Assembly: GCA_017882245.1 (NCBI GenBank)
Contig: JADGPV010000035.1
Location: 1 to 35,492 of the forward strand
Source: Bacteroidales bacterium
Lineage (GTDB): Bacteria > Bacteroidota > Bacteroidia > Bacteroidales > VadinHA17
DNA: 35,492 nt
Direction of reading: 5' to 3'
Positions 8,900 through 18,843 of the stretch are shown here, one piece after another. Numbering within the stretch: position 1 is the stretch's first letter; each line of letters begins with the position of its first letter. The notes below the pieces were generated by a model. The model ran no database searches, was not told the DNA's origin, and was given only the letters and a program-made list of their open reading frames with translations. Position numbers and translations under genes: made by a program.

Positions 8900-10240
8900 T
8901 CAGATCCCTGCCACAACCACATCTTCGAACACCAGGCTCGGAAGCCTTGCCTGACTATAGATCCAGGGATCATTCGCAACTTCTATGAGTTTATTCCAGA
9001 AGTTCAGGTGGTTGTCTGCTATGTTCATCTCAGCGACATTCTGGACGAAGTTGCCTTTTTCGAACAGCTTGCCGATGATGCCCACAGAAAAGTCACCTGT
9101 TGTTGAATTGGAATTTCCTCCTATGTAATCGGTTATCAGTATACAACGGGGGAAGTCCCTCATTATAGCTTCTACACTGCGGGTACCGGGAGGAATTATC
9201 AGGTTCCCGATTGACCCTGAAGTAGGTTCCCATCCGAGCTTGCGACCGTAATACCAGTCGATCAGGAACTCGTTAATAGTACCTTCGGTGAGCAGATCAC
9301 GTTTTCTGGCAGGGAAACCGTCGGAATCGTAATACTTCGAGCCGAGGCCCCTTAGAATTGATGGATCGTCTGTAACAGTCAGAAACTTACTGCCGATTGA
9401 CTTGCCTTTTTTATCTGCAAGGAACGACCTTTTCTGCTGAATACTGCCGCCAGACATAGGATCAAACAAGCCGCCAAGTACACGGGCTGCACCGCGGTTC
9501 TCAAGAATTACCGGGATCTTTGTCGTCGCAATTTTTTTACCGCCAAGAAGGTCGAGTGTTCTTGTTGCTGCAACGGTGCCTATCTCTGACAGCGAGGGAA
9601 GGTCACTTCTGTATCTGCAGCCAATGTAATTATAACCGGCAGGTCGCCTGTCACCTTCATCCTGCGCTGTCATTGAAGCACCAACCTGGCAGTATGTGCT
9701 TTCTGTTGATCCTTCGAAACCATTACTCGATTTTACAAATTCCTCATACGATTCATCATATTCTCCTGCCTCAACCGATATAACTTTTTTGCCGCCTTTC
9801 TGCAGGCAGGCTTCTTCTGCCGTTTTGGCCATCGTATGTCTCTCTTCAGGAGTAAGCTTGTTATAATCAGGATCACTAAGCTGCAGATCGGCATCGGATC
9901 TTCCTGAGTAATATTTCGGATCGGGAAGAGTACGGTACGGGTCCTCTTCCATAAGATCGGCACTGGCAATCAGATCAGTGATAAACCCTTCCAGTGTTGA
10001 TGTACGGAAGTCAGGTGTTGACTTACCGGCAAACCGGTTATTTATAAACACTTCAAGGTATAATCCATGTGTTGTGGCTTCCTTTATGACTTCGGGTTTG
10101 TGGTCACGGTAATTTATTTCAACGGTACGTCTCTTTGAAAGATTAACCCTGCAGTCATTAGCTCCGGCTTTTAAAGTCCGGCTGATAACCCAGTCGGCCA
10201 GTTCCGGGAAACTCATCTGTTTATCTTTAATGTATGTCAT
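8900..10240 (-). CDS. pmbA: PmbA/TldE-like partner subunit of the TldD/PmbA metallopeptidase family (no HExxxH, no signal peptide)
   Basis: 446-aa ORF with TldD/PmbA family-like overall sequence and length. Its start overlaps the stop of the upstream TldD-like gene by 4 nt (ATGA at 10240-10237). Confidence 0.8.
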   Translation of the reverse strand: MTYIKDKQMSFPELADWVISRTLKAGANDCRVNLSKRRTVEINYRDHKPEVIKEATTHGLYLEVFINNRFAGKSTPDFRTSTLEGFITDLIASADLMEEDPYRTLPDPKYYSGRSDADLQLSDPDYNKLTPEERHTMAKTAEEACLQKGGKKVISVEAGEYDESYEEFVKSSNGFEGSTESTYCQVGASMTAQDEGDRRPAGYNYIGCRYRSDLPSLSEIGTVAATRTLDLLGGKKIATTKIPVILENRGAARVLGGLFDPMSGGSIQQKRSFLADKKGKSIGSKFLTVTDDPSILRGLGSKYYDSDGFPARKRDLLTEGTINEFLIDWYYGRKLGWEPTSGSIGNLIIPPGTRSVEAIMRDFPRCILITDYIGGNSNSTTGDFSVGIIGKLFEKGNFVQNVAEMNIADNHLNFWNKLIEVANDPWIYSQARLPSLVFEDVVVAGI

Positions 10241-11781
10241 GACCGGCCTCCTTTCTGCTGTGTTCCTCCGACTGTAAGTGATTTGACAAGGCAGGTAGGC
10301 ATGCCGAATGAAACCGGTGCGCCCTGCCCGTTCTTACCGCATTGTCCGGCCCCCCCGCGTGACATTTCAAGATCATTTGCCGCCATAGTAATATTGGCAA
10401 GCATTTTTGGGCCGTTACCCATGATATTTACATCTTTGATCGGAGAGGTCAGTTTACCGTTCTCGATCAAACGTCCCTGAGAGACATAAAAAGCAAAATC
10501 TCCTTCACCTATTTTCACCTGCCCGTTACTTACATCCTCAACATAGATACCGTTGCCTGCCGCTTTGATTACATCTTCTGGAGCATAGTTGCCTCCCAGC
10601 ATATAAGTGTTGCGCATACGCGGAATAGGGTAATTCTGGAAGTCCTGTCTGCGGCCATTACCTGTAGGTTCTACGCCGTAATATTTAGCAGAAATCTTAT
10701 CGTGCAGATAGCTCCTGAGTATACCATTCTCAACGAGGATGGTTTTTTGACCCGGAGTTCCTTCATCGTCTACGTTTATGCTTCCGGCAAGGCCGGGAAT
10801 GGTGCCATCATCGATGATATTGACGAATGGCTCAGCCACTTTCTTTCCCAGCAGTGTGCTGTAAGTGGAAATCTTCTTACGGTTGAAATCAGCTTCCATA
10901 CCATGCCCTATGGCCTCGTGAAGCAATACTCCCGTCACACCCGGACCAAGGATAACCGGCATCTCACCTGCCGGAGGTTGTACGGCGTCAAACAGCTTGA
11001 GCGCATTATTGACTGTTTTGGATGACACTTCATTGATCACTTCGTCTGTGTAGAATGAAAGATCACGGTGTCCGCCAAGGTTCCAGAATGACTGTTCCCG
11101 TTTCCCGTTTCTTTCAGCCACCACAGAGGAGTAGATGAAACCAGCCGGCAGGATGTCTTCTGCTATGACGCCGTCGCTTGTTGCGATAAGTATTCGTTTT
11201 GTACTGTTTTGGAAACCGGCGTTTACCTTAACAATCTCAGGTGATAATGAGAAACACTTCTGGTTAATACTCTGCAGTAACGGTAATTTTGATTCGACGG
11301 GTATACCATTGAAACCAGCTGCAACAGGGTAATAGTCACCAATCTGCTGTTTACTGAATGATGTACTGACTGGCGTCATTCTCTCGTCACACAGAGTTGA
11401 AGCTGTAGCAGCAGCTGACATCATTGATTCTTCCGTGAGTTCCTGGGTAAGCCCGTAACCGATCTGTTCGCCTTTAACTGTACGGATCCCAACGCCAAGG
11501 GAAATATCCCCATATGACTGGTTCACTTTGCCATCCTCAAGACCCAGATAATTTGATACGGTGAACTCAAAATAAAGGTCAGCAAAATCTCCCCCTCTTG
11601 ACAGGGCTTTTGCCAGTAATCTCTGGCAGAGTGCTTCATCAATCCCGAATTCTCTCAGAAAATAGTTACCGGATGCCCTGGTGTCAGCAAATTTACAGGC
11701 ATTGAGATTGGGAAGCAATAGCAATCCACCGCCGGCCAGGGCAGTGCCATAAATGAATTTTCTTCGCGGAATAGGTCTCAT
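10237..11781 (-). CDS. tldD: TldD-like metallopeptidase with twin-arginine (TAT) signal and possible lipobox
   Basis: 514-aa ORF. The N-terminus MRPIPRRKFIYGTALAGGGLLLLPNLNAC contains RRKFI plus an h-region and a Cys. The metal-binding motif HEAIGHGMEAD (HExxxH) is present. Confidence 0.85.
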   Translation of the reverse strand: MRPIPRRKFIYGTALAGGGLLLLPNLNACKFADTRASGNYFLREFGIDEALCQRLLAKALSRGGDFADLYFEFTVSNYLGLEDGKVNQSYGDISLGVGIRTVKGEQIGYGLTQELTEESMMSAAATASTLCDERMTPVSTSFSKQQIGDYYPVAAGFNGIPVESKLPLLQSINQKCFSLSPEIVKVNAGFQNSTKRILIATSDGVIAEDILPAGFIYSSVVAERNGKREQSFWNLGGHRDLSFYTDEVINEVSSKTVNNALKLFDAVQPPAGEMPVILGPGVTGVLLHEAIGHGMEADFNRKKISTYSTLLGKKVAEPFVNIIDDGTIPGLAGSINVDDEGTPGQKTILVENGILRSYLHDKISAKYYGVEPTGNGRRQDFQNYPIPRMRNTYMLGGNYAPEDVIKAAGNGIYVEDVSNGQVKIGEGDFAFYVSQGRLIENGKLTSPIKDVNIMGNGPKMLANITMAANDLEMSRGGAGQCGKNGQGAPVSFGMPTCLVKSLTVGGTQQKGGRS

Positions 11782-11867
11782 TTGTAAGGAGATTAATTTT
11801 AAATACCAATTTATGAATATTTTTACTAAGTTAAATTATTTTATCGGGGCTGTTGCCCGCTGGGCTC

Positions 11868-13169
11868 ATGATCAAAGCACGAATTGTCTTCAGGTCACTT
11901 CAACACCGTAATTATCGCTTATTCTTCGGCGGACAGAGCATCTCACTGATAGGCACATGGATGCAGCGCATTGCCCTGCCGTGGCTTGTCTATCAGATGA
12001 CCGGCTCTGAAGTTCTTCTTGGCATCGTGGGTTTTGCAGCACAGATACCGTCTTTCCTGCTTGCTCCTGTGGCAGGAGTGCTTATTGACCGGTGGAGCAG
12101 GTACAGGGTGCTACTTGTGACGCAGGTCATTTCAATGATCCAGGCGGGTATACTTGCCTGGCTGAGCCTGACAGGCTCGCTGGAGATATGGCATATAGTA
12201 ACCCTGAGTCTGATCCTGGGTTGTATCAATGCCTTTGATATGCCGGCACGACATTCTTTTGTCATTGATATGGTTGAGAACAAAGATGACATGGGCAATG
12301 CCATAGCTCTGAACTCACTGATGTTCAACGGAGCCAGGCTAATAGGACCATCAGTGGCAGGTATAGTGCTGGCCACCACCGGAGAAGGGATTTGCTTCCT
12401 GATAAATGCCCTGAGCTATATTTTCATTATCATTTCGCTTCTCGCCATGCATGTACCCGTTAACAATGAGAAGAAGAAGGAGACACATATATTCAGCGAG
12501 CTGAAGGAAGGACTTGCTTATGCTTTTGGGTTCCCGCCAATCAAATCCCTCATTCTTTTGCTGGGGCTGGTAAGTCTTATGGGTGCGTCGTACCAGGTAC
12601 TGATGCCAGTATATGCAAAGGATATCCTTCACGGAGATTCACATACGTTCGGGTTCCTCATGGGTGCTGCCGGAGCTGGCGCACTTCTCGGGGCAGTTTA
12701 CCTGGCATCAAGGGAGAGCGTTATGAAGCTGGGAAGATTGATTCCTGCAGCAACCGCGCTTCTGTCTGTCGGATTGGTTGCCATGGCATTTAATACATCA
12801 TTTCTTGTCTCAATGTTTCTGATGTTTTTTACGGGTCTGGGGATGATGGCTCAAACTGCGGCAAGCAATACAATTATCCAGACCATAACCGATGATGATA
12901 AACGCGGCAGGGTCATGAGCTTATATACAATGGCGCTGATGGGTACGGCTCCGTTCGGCAGCCTGCTTGCAGGATGGATGGCAAAGCTGCTTGGCACACC
13001 ATGGACAATATTTATCGGAGGTGCCGTTTGCCTGATTGGAGCTCTCGCCTTTTATAAAAAGCTTCCCGCACTTAAAAAGATTGTCCAGCCTGTATATGTC
13101 AGGATGGGAATCATTCCCGAGGTTGCAGAAGGTATCCAGACAGGCTCAGAACCCCCCGCCGGAGGATAG
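11868..13169 (+). CDS. MFS transporter (EntS/MFS_3-like)
   Basis: The track ORF starts at TTG 11853; the ATG at 11868 (MIKARIVFRSLQHRNYRLFFGGQSISLIGTWMQ..) is the typical N-terminus of this MFS subfamily. About 12 hydrophobic helices. Confidence 0.8.
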   Translation: MIKARIVFRSLQHRNYRLFFGGQSISLIGTWMQRIALPWLVYQMTGSEVLLGIVGFAAQIPSFLLAPVAGVLIDRWSRYRVLLVTQVISMIQAGILAWLSLTGSLEIWHIVTLSLILGCINAFDMPARHSFVIDMVENKDDMGNAIALNSLMFNGARLIGPSVAGIVLATTGEGICFLINALSYIFIIISLLAMHVPVNNEKKKETHIFSELKEGLAYAFGFPPIKSLILLLGLVSLMGASYQVLMPVYAKDILHGDSHTFGFLMGAAGAGALLGAVYLASRESVMKLGRLIPAATALLSVGLVAMAFNTSFLVSMFLMFFTGLGMMAQTAASNTIIQTITDDDKRGRVMSLYTMALMGTAPFGSLLAGWMAKLLGTPWTIFIGGAVCLIGALAFYKKLPALKKIVQPVYVRMGIIPEVAEGIQTGSEPPAGG

Positions 13170-13203
13170 CCTGATCAAATGTGCCGTGATTTAGGTGACT
13201 GTT

Positions 13204-13932
13204 TCAGAAGAGAAGTTTGACGGTAATCCCACCCGGACCAGCGTATAAGAGCCATTGCTTTTCAGGTTTGTATGCGGCAGGGTTAATTACTGTACCGTAT
13301 TGTCTGCAGTAGTTCTCATAGTCCTTTATTGCTCTTGACGGCTGGGTCCATATCTGGGCTTCAGTGACAGCAGTATTAAGAGCAAAGTTTCCCAGTCCGT
13401 CCAAGAAAGTCCGTTTAAATCCAAGCCACGTAATCAATCCGCTTCCAATATTTATGACGCCTGTAAGTGCGTGCATCTTCCATGAACGTCCTTCTTTTTC
13501 CCTGAGGGCCAGCGCCTTCAACATATCTTCGGAATAATCAAGGGATCTGATTTGGCCAGGCTCGTCTTCAACAATATTCGTATTTCCGGATGATGAAGCA
13601 GGGTGAGGCATTGGTGCTATTATCTGCCCAAGGGCACCCAGAAGTGTTGTTGCCGATCCCAGGGCCATATCCTGACGAGTTTTCAAATTGTCACTTGTGA
13701 AATACACAATACCCTGACCGGCAGTAGCTATACTGTACCCTGCCAGCCATCCATACCACCATATCTGCGCATTTTTTACATCATGATCAAGCATCTCCTG
13801 AAGATATTTCACCTGGTCATTTAAAAGAGAATCCGAAACCTGATCCTGGGCTTTAAGAGGAAGAAATCCGAAAATGAAAACTATTATGAACGGAAGTTTT
13901 CTCAGCCCTGATTTTCTGTTTATTCTATTCAT
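13204..13932 (-). CDS. hypothetical signal-peptide/membrane protein, family not recognised
   Basis: 242-aa ORF with signal-like LPFIIVFIFGFLPLKAQDQ and several hydrophobic Gly-rich helices (WWYGWLAGYSIATAGQGIVYF, ATTLLGALGQIIAPM, LTGVINIGSGLITWLGF). It is the only long ORF in this interval. Confidence 0.5.
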   Translation of the reverse strand: MNRINRKSGLRKLPFIIVFIFGFLPLKAQDQVSDSLLNDQVKYLQEMLDHDVKNAQIWWYGWLAGYSIATAGQGIVYFTSDNLKTRQDMALGSATTLLGALGQIIAPMPHPASSSGNTNIVEDEPGQIRSLDYSEDMLKALALREKEGRSWKMHALTGVINIGSGLITWLGFKRTFLDGLGNFALNTAVTEAQIWTQPSRAIKDYENYCRQYGTVINPAAYKPEKQWLLYAGPGGITVKLLF

Positions 13933-13980
13933 AAAATATCGGGATTTTTGAAGCTGTGCCGTTTAAATGAGATGACAATG

Positions 13981-15225
13981 TCAATTGGTTTGATCTTCAG
14001 CCGGTCTGTTCAGAAAAGCTGATTCTCTCAGTCTCAGTGCAGCCAGAAAGCTTAAAACCATAAACCCAATAAGTAAGATCAATGGTTTTGTCATTGACCC
14101 TGTTGCTGGCGATTTGAAACTGTCCATCCCGAAAATAAATGCAATGCCCGAGATCTGTCCCATGAGAATTAGAAAACCGTTTGAAGTACCTTCAGAGACA
14201 GGATAGGTTATCTCGGCACCATACTGAAACCCTACCGGACCTGAGCTAAGCAGGAAAAAACCGAATGCCGTTCCGGAAACAAGAAGCAGCCAGTAATCTG
14301 TAGCAAATGTAATACCGGCCAGACTTAAGGTTGCGCCTGCCAGTGAAATGATGATGAAGATGGTTCTTCTTTTATAATGGTCAGATAACATGGGAATAAT
14401 AAGAGCTCCCAGAATACCTCCGATAATCATAAGTCCTCCGGTGATTCCCGCCTGTTCGGAGGAAAATCCACGCGGGTAAACAATATTTTCAATCCAGGTA
14501 GTAACTCCATTGAAGACTCCCAATCCGATAAAGAAGATGAACATAAGCCAGTTAAAGTTCCGGCTGCGAAAGATAAGTTTCAGTCCGTCAACAGCCAGGG
14601 CCCGTTCTTCCTGATAGCTATGGCAGGGCGGGGTAAGGGGTCGCTCTTTGGCCAAAACAAAAAAGGTAATAGCTGCCACTGCTGAAAGAATCCCGTAGAT
14701 TGTAAGCATCCCTTTAATTCCCGACCAGTTTACAAGAAAAGGAGTGAGGATCATAGCTATAAATATCCCCAGGTACATCGACAACGTTCCTAGTCCTGAT
14801 GCGGTTGCTCTTTCCTTTATCGGAAACCATCTCGCAGCAACCTTGGTGATGGCATTCAGGATGAATGGCTGTCCGATTGCAATCCCTATCTGTGATAACA
14901 GGACCAAAGTGTAACTTGACGGGACCAGACCGCGTAATAAACCAAATACTCCCGTAAATGCCACGCCTATTCCGATACCGATACGTATGCCATAAGTGTC
15001 TATGAAATATGAGGCAGGAATTGAAATAATGAGATAGACAATCATGAAACACATTGAGAGGATTCCTATCTTCAGATCAGAAACGCCATAAAACTGTGTC
15101 GCATTGCTTGTTATTGCTGCAAAAGTGATCCACAGCAACTGGTTGACAGCAGTAATAAACATATAAACGCCGAGCATTACCCATCGGTAACCGTATACTT
15201 TAAAGTCTTTTTCTGGCATTTTCAA
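13981..15225 (-). CDS. MFS transporter
   Basis: 414-aa ORF with 12 predicted hydrophobic helices and an MFS-like loop motif (RWFPIKERATASG). Confidence 0.8.
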   Translation of the reverse strand: MKMPEKDFKVYGYRWVMLGVYMFITAVNQLLWITFAAITSNATQFYGVSDLKIGILSMCFMIVYLIISIPASYFIDTYGIRIGIGIGVAFTGVFGLLRGLVPSSYTLVLLSQIGIAIGQPFILNAITKVAARWFPIKERATASGLGTLSMYLGIFIAMILTPFLVNWSGIKGMLTIYGILSAVAAITFFVLAKERPLTPPCHSYQEERALAVDGLKLIFRSRNFNWLMFIFFIGLGVFNGVTTWIENIVYPRGFSSEQAGITGGLMIIGGILGALIIPMLSDHYKRRTIFIIISLAGATLSLAGITFATDYWLLLVSGTAFGFFLLSSGPVGFQYGAEITYPVSEGTSNGFLILMGQISGIAFIFGMDSFKSPATGSMTKPLILLIGFMVLSFLAALRLRESAFLNRPAEDQTN

Positions 15226-15334
15226 ACAATTTTCAAGTGTGATTTAATGTTGATTGCTTTCACGGGTTCAAAGATTAAGAAAAAAATCGTCTGATGATCA
15301 GTTGCTGATAAACATAATATTTAAATCAGAAAAA

Positions 15335-15366
15335 ATCCATCGGTATAAAATGATGATCCGTCGGTA
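15335..15366 (+). promoter_or_regulatory. two 11-bp direct repeats ATCCATCGGTA / ATCCGTCGGTA with a 10-bp spacer (21-bp period); candidate transcription-factor site
   Basis: Read directly: 15335-15345 and 15356-15366 match at 10 of 11 positions. They lie 49-80 nt upstream of the candidate -7 box of the efflux operon, inside the 216-nt divergent intergenic region. Confidence 0.35.
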
Positions 15367-15414
15367 AGTAATTGCCGGATGTCTAAAAGATTTTTAATAA
15401 CGGACTGCCATTAG

Positions 15415-15422
15415 TAATTTTG
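15415..15422 (+). promoter_or_regulatory. candidate Bacteroidota -7 box TAATTTTG for the TolC/MacAB operon
   Basis: Matches the TAnnTTTG consensus. It ends 20 nt before the ATG at 15442. Confidence 0.35.
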
Positions 15423-15441
15423 TCTCATCAAGTTTCACAAA

Positions 15442-16764
15442 ATGAAAAGGATGAGCATAAAAGGATTTATTATGGCAGGGGTCATCATTCTGGCTGGCTT
15501 GCCCGTTTCTGCTCAGCAGAAACAGTGGACGCTTACAGAATGTATCGATCATGCACTTAATGCAAACATACAGGTTCGCAAGGCGGATGTTTCAACCAGC
15601 GTAGGCAAGATAGACCTGCAGCAGGCAAAGGACAACCGATGGCCAAACCTGAGTGCTTCAGCAGGGGAGAATCTGGGGTGGAAGCAAACAACTGACAACG
15701 CTGGAACCAGCATATTTGAAGGTTCATCAAGAACCAGTCTCTCTGCAGGCAGCAACGTGGCACTATTCAACGGATTCAGGGTAAAGAACGAGATCAGACT
15801 GGCTGAGTTGAATTATAAAGGGCTGCAATACATCACTGAAGAGACGAAAGAAGGTGTTTCTCTCAGCATAATGAATGCTTATCTGCAGGTGCTTTATGCT
15901 GAAGAGCAGATAACCAACAGCCGCAACCAGGCAGACGCCACACGTGAGGAGCTTGGCCTGGCGAAAGAGAGACTTTCTCTCGGAGCCATCGCCAACAGCG
16001 ATTACCTGCAGGTCAAAACACAGCTTGCAAGCGATGAGCTGACACTTTCAAGGGCGACTAGCACATTTGAGATTGACAGGGTCACACTGATGCAGCTGAT
16101 GGAGTTACCTGCAGACAGTGCATTTGCAATCGCACATCCTGATATTGAAGCAATTATTTCCACCACACCTGCCGCTGAAGCAGCTGACGTGTACAGTGAG
16201 GCTCTGAAAGTCAAACCAGAGATAAAGTATGCGGAAATCAGTAAGGAGAGTGCGATGATCGATCTTTATCTGGCAAAGGGAGGCTACTATCCATCGTTGT
16301 CTATGGATGCCGGAGTGAGCACTGCTTTTACGGATGCAGCATTAATGGGCTCAGAGATCAGGAACAATTTTGCCACTGCGGTCGGATTGTCTTTATCAGT
16401 ACCGATTTTCAGCAACAATCAGAACAAATCGTCAGTTTCAAGGGCAAAAGCAGGAATAACATCAGCAGAACTTGACGAACTCAACGCAAGGAACCAGTTA
16501 CGGAAGGAAATCGAACAGGCATGTCTCGATGCCCGGTCAGCAGTAAGTAACTATAATGCAGCTGTAAACGAGTATGAGGCTTCACTTGAATCATATAAGG
16601 TAGCCGAGGAAAAATTTAAACTTGGGGCAATGAACTCCGTCGACTTCCTGATACAGAAGACGAATATGACATCTTCTGAAAGCAGCCTGCTTCAGGCAAA
16701 ATATGAGCTTGTCTTCAGTTACAAGATCATTGACTTTTACAAGGGAGTCCCGCTTTCGCTTTAA
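15442..16764 (+). CDS. TolC-family outer-membrane efflux protein
   Basis: 440-aa ORF with a signal peptide (..GLPVSAQQ), an N-terminal LTLTECIDHALNANIQV pattern, and two repeated coiled-coil/beta halves typical of OEP/TolC. Confidence 0.85.
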   Translation: MKRMSIKGFIMAGVIILAGLPVSAQQKQWTLTECIDHALNANIQVRKADVSTSVGKIDLQQAKDNRWPNLSASAGENLGWKQTTDNAGTSIFEGSSRTSLSAGSNVALFNGFRVKNEIRLAELNYKGLQYITEETKEGVSLSIMNAYLQVLYAEEQITNSRNQADATREELGLAKERLSLGAIANSDYLQVKTQLASDELTLSRATSTFEIDRVTLMQLMELPADSAFAIAHPDIEAIISTTPAAEAADVYSEALKVKPEIKYAEISKESAMIDLYLAKGGYYPSLSMDAGVSTAFTDAALMGSEIRNNFATAVGLSLSVPIFSNNQNKSSVSRAKAGITSAELDELNARNQLRKEIEQACLDARSAVSNYNAAVNEYEASLESYKVAEEKFKLGAMNSVDFLIQKTNMTSSESSLLQAKYELVFSYKIIDFYKGVPLSL

Positions 16765-18086
16765 TGAAAATGAACAATAAAAAACACAAATCGATGAAAA
16801 TAAAAAGAGTTATTATAAGTAGTGCATTACTGGCTGTCGCGGCAGCAACCATCCTGATCGTTCATGGATGTAAGAAGAGCCAGTCATACACGTTCGAGAC
16901 CGCCACGGTTCAGAAGGGCTCCATAACAAATACGGTAACTGCCACAGGTACCCTCAAGGCTATTACATCAGTTGTTGTCGGAACACAGGTATCGGGTATA
17001 GTAGAAAAGCTTTACGTTGACTTTAACTCGCATGTAAAGAAAGGTCAGATCCTGGCAGAGCTTGACAAGGTAGCCCTTAATTCGCAGGTCGCCCAGGCTC
17101 TGGCAACTCTTGAGAGTGCGAAGGCTGAGACAGAATATGAGCAATCAAACTTTGAGCGTTCGAAGGCGCTTTATGATAAAAACCTGATAGCACAGGCTGA
17201 CTATGATCTGGCAAAATTCAACTATGAGAAGTCAAAGGCTAGCCTGAAGAATGCAAAGGGCAGTTATGACAAGGCGGTGGTGAACCTTAAATATGCAACG
17301 ATTTATGCTCCCATTGACGGAGTTGTAATGAACAGGGCGGTTGATGAAGGGCAGACCGTAGCAGCAAATTTTAACACTCCGGAGATCTTTACAATCGCTC
17401 AGGATCTGACACAGATGCAGGTTGAGGCTGATATTGATGAGTCTGACATAGGACAGGTAAAAGTAGGGCAGAGGGTTGAGTTTGGTGTTGATGCATTTCC
17501 TGATGATAAATTTGCCGGCACTGTGATGCAGATCAGGCTTTCACCTAAGACAACATCCAATGTTGTTACATATACGGTTATCATTAATGCGCAGAATCCT
17601 GATCAGAAACTTCTGCCAGGAATGACTGCCGACATAGTTATTTACGTCGAGGAGACCGCAGATGTTCTCGTCATTCCGTACAAAGCCGTAAAATTCACTC
17701 CTGAAGCAGATTACCTTGCCAGGATAGGGAAGGAGATGATGACTAAAGGTAGCATTCCGGGCACGCCGGCAGGTGCAGGAAGCAGGCCACAGGGTGTGCC
17801 TTCAGGTCAGATGCCTGGGGGATCAACGAGTCCTGCGGGTAATAAGATGCCAACTATGGTATGGGTGAAGGAGAATGAAAGCATCCACGGAGTACATGTA
17901 GTGCTGGGTCCGAACGACGGTGATAATATCGAAGTTAAATCAGGTCTTAAGGAAGGCGATCAGGTTGTCACAAAGATGACTGGTGCATCAGCAAAAGACA
18001 AGAAGACGAAACAAATGGCCACGAATCCTTTCATGCCCAGGCGTCCGGGTAGTGTGACCAAGAAAAAAACAACAACAAAAAGCTGA
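16764..18086 (+). CDS. efflux periplasmic adaptor (HlyD/MacA-like membrane fusion protein)
   Basis: 440-aa ORF with lipoyl/barrel-sandwich motifs ([40 protein letters not shown] ... [22 protein letters not shown]), a long coiled-coil, and a Pro/Gly-rich, Lys-rich C-terminal tail. Overlaps the TolC stop by 1 nt (TAATG). Confidence 0.85.
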   Translation: MKMNNKKHKSMKIKRVIISSALLAVAAATILIVHGCKKSQSYTFETATVQKGSITNTVTATGTLKAITSVVVGTQVSGIVEKLYVDFNSHVKKGQILAELDKVALNSQVAQALATLESAKAETEYEQSNFERSKALYDKNLIAQADYDLAKFNYEKSKASLKNAKGSYDKAVVNLKYATIYAPIDGVVMNRAVDEGQTVAANFNTPEIFTIAQDLTQMQVEADIDESDIGQVKVGQRVEFGVDAFPDDKFAGTVMQIRLSPKTTSNVVTYTVIINAQNPDQKLLPGMTADIVIYVEETADVLVIPYKAVKFTPEADYLARIGKEMMTKGSIPGTPAGAGSRPQGVPSGQMPGGSTSPAGNKMPTMVWVKENESIHGVHVVLGPNDGDNIEVKSGLKEGDQVVTKMTGASAKDKKTKQMATNPFMPRRPGSVTKKKTTTKS

Positions 18087-18088
18087 AA

Positions 18089-18829
18089 ATGAGCGCAATA
18101 ATAAATATATCATCACTGAAGAAGGATTATTACATCGGAGAGGTAACGGTACATGCTCTGAGAGGTATCGATCTTCAGATATCGGCGGGAGAGTTTGTAG
18201 CCATCATGGGTGCCAGCGGCTCGGGCAAATCAACAATGCTGAACATAATTGGCTGCCTTGACAAGCCTACATCAGGGACTTATTATCTCGATGGAATAAA
18301 TGTTGCAGAGATGTCGAAGAACGAGAGAGCTGCCATACGCAACCGCAAAATAGGGTTTGTTTTCCAGGCTTATAACCTGTTATCACGAACATCAGCCCTC
18401 GAGAACGTTGAATTGCCTCTGATGTATAATCCTGGTATAAAGGCTAAGGAAAGGAAAGAAAGGGCACTCGCTGCCCTGGAAGCAGTAGGTCTGCAGGAGA
18501 GGATGGACCACATGCCGAACCAGCTCTCGGGAGGTCAGCAGCAAAGAGTGGCGATTGCCCGCTCGCTGGTAAATGATCCCGTAGTCATTCTTGCTGACGA
18601 GGCCACAGGTAACCTTGATACGCGTACCTCGTATGAGATCATGGCTCTGTTACAGGAACTGAACGAAAAAGGCAAGACCATCGTTTTCGTCACGCATGAG
18701 CCTGATATAGCACGCTGTGGCACACGAAACATAGTCTTCCGCGACGGACATCTTATCAGACAGGAAGAAGTCAGTAACCGGCTGATAGCAACGGAAACGC
18801 TGAAAGCGTTACCGGTAGAGGAGGACTAA
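18089..18829 (+). CDS. macB: ABC transporter ATP-binding protein, MacB/LolD type
   Basis: Walker [10 protein letters not shown], signature LSGGQQQRV, Walker [14 protein letters not shown]-loop VTHE. Confidence 0.9.
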   Translation: MSAIINISSLKKDYYIGEVTVHALRGIDLQISAGEFVAIMGASGSGKSTMLNIIGCLDKPTSGTYYLDGINVAEMSKNERAAIRNRKIGFVFQAYNLLSRTSALENVELPLMYNPGIKAKERKERALAALEAVGLQERMDHMPNQLSGGQQQRVAIARSLVNDPVVILADEATGNLDTRTSYEIMALLQELNEKGKTIVFVTHEPDIARCGTRNIVFRDGHLIRQEEVSNRLIATETLKALPVEED

Positions 18830-18843
18830 TAAAAAACAGGATC

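Noticed and set aside
8900-11781. TldD/PmbA pair as part of a microcin B17-like or other RiPP maturation cluster.
   Set aside because: No precursor-peptide-like small ORF, cyclodehydratase, dehydrogenase or immunity/export genes are adjacent. The TAT signal argues for an extracytoplasmic role instead.
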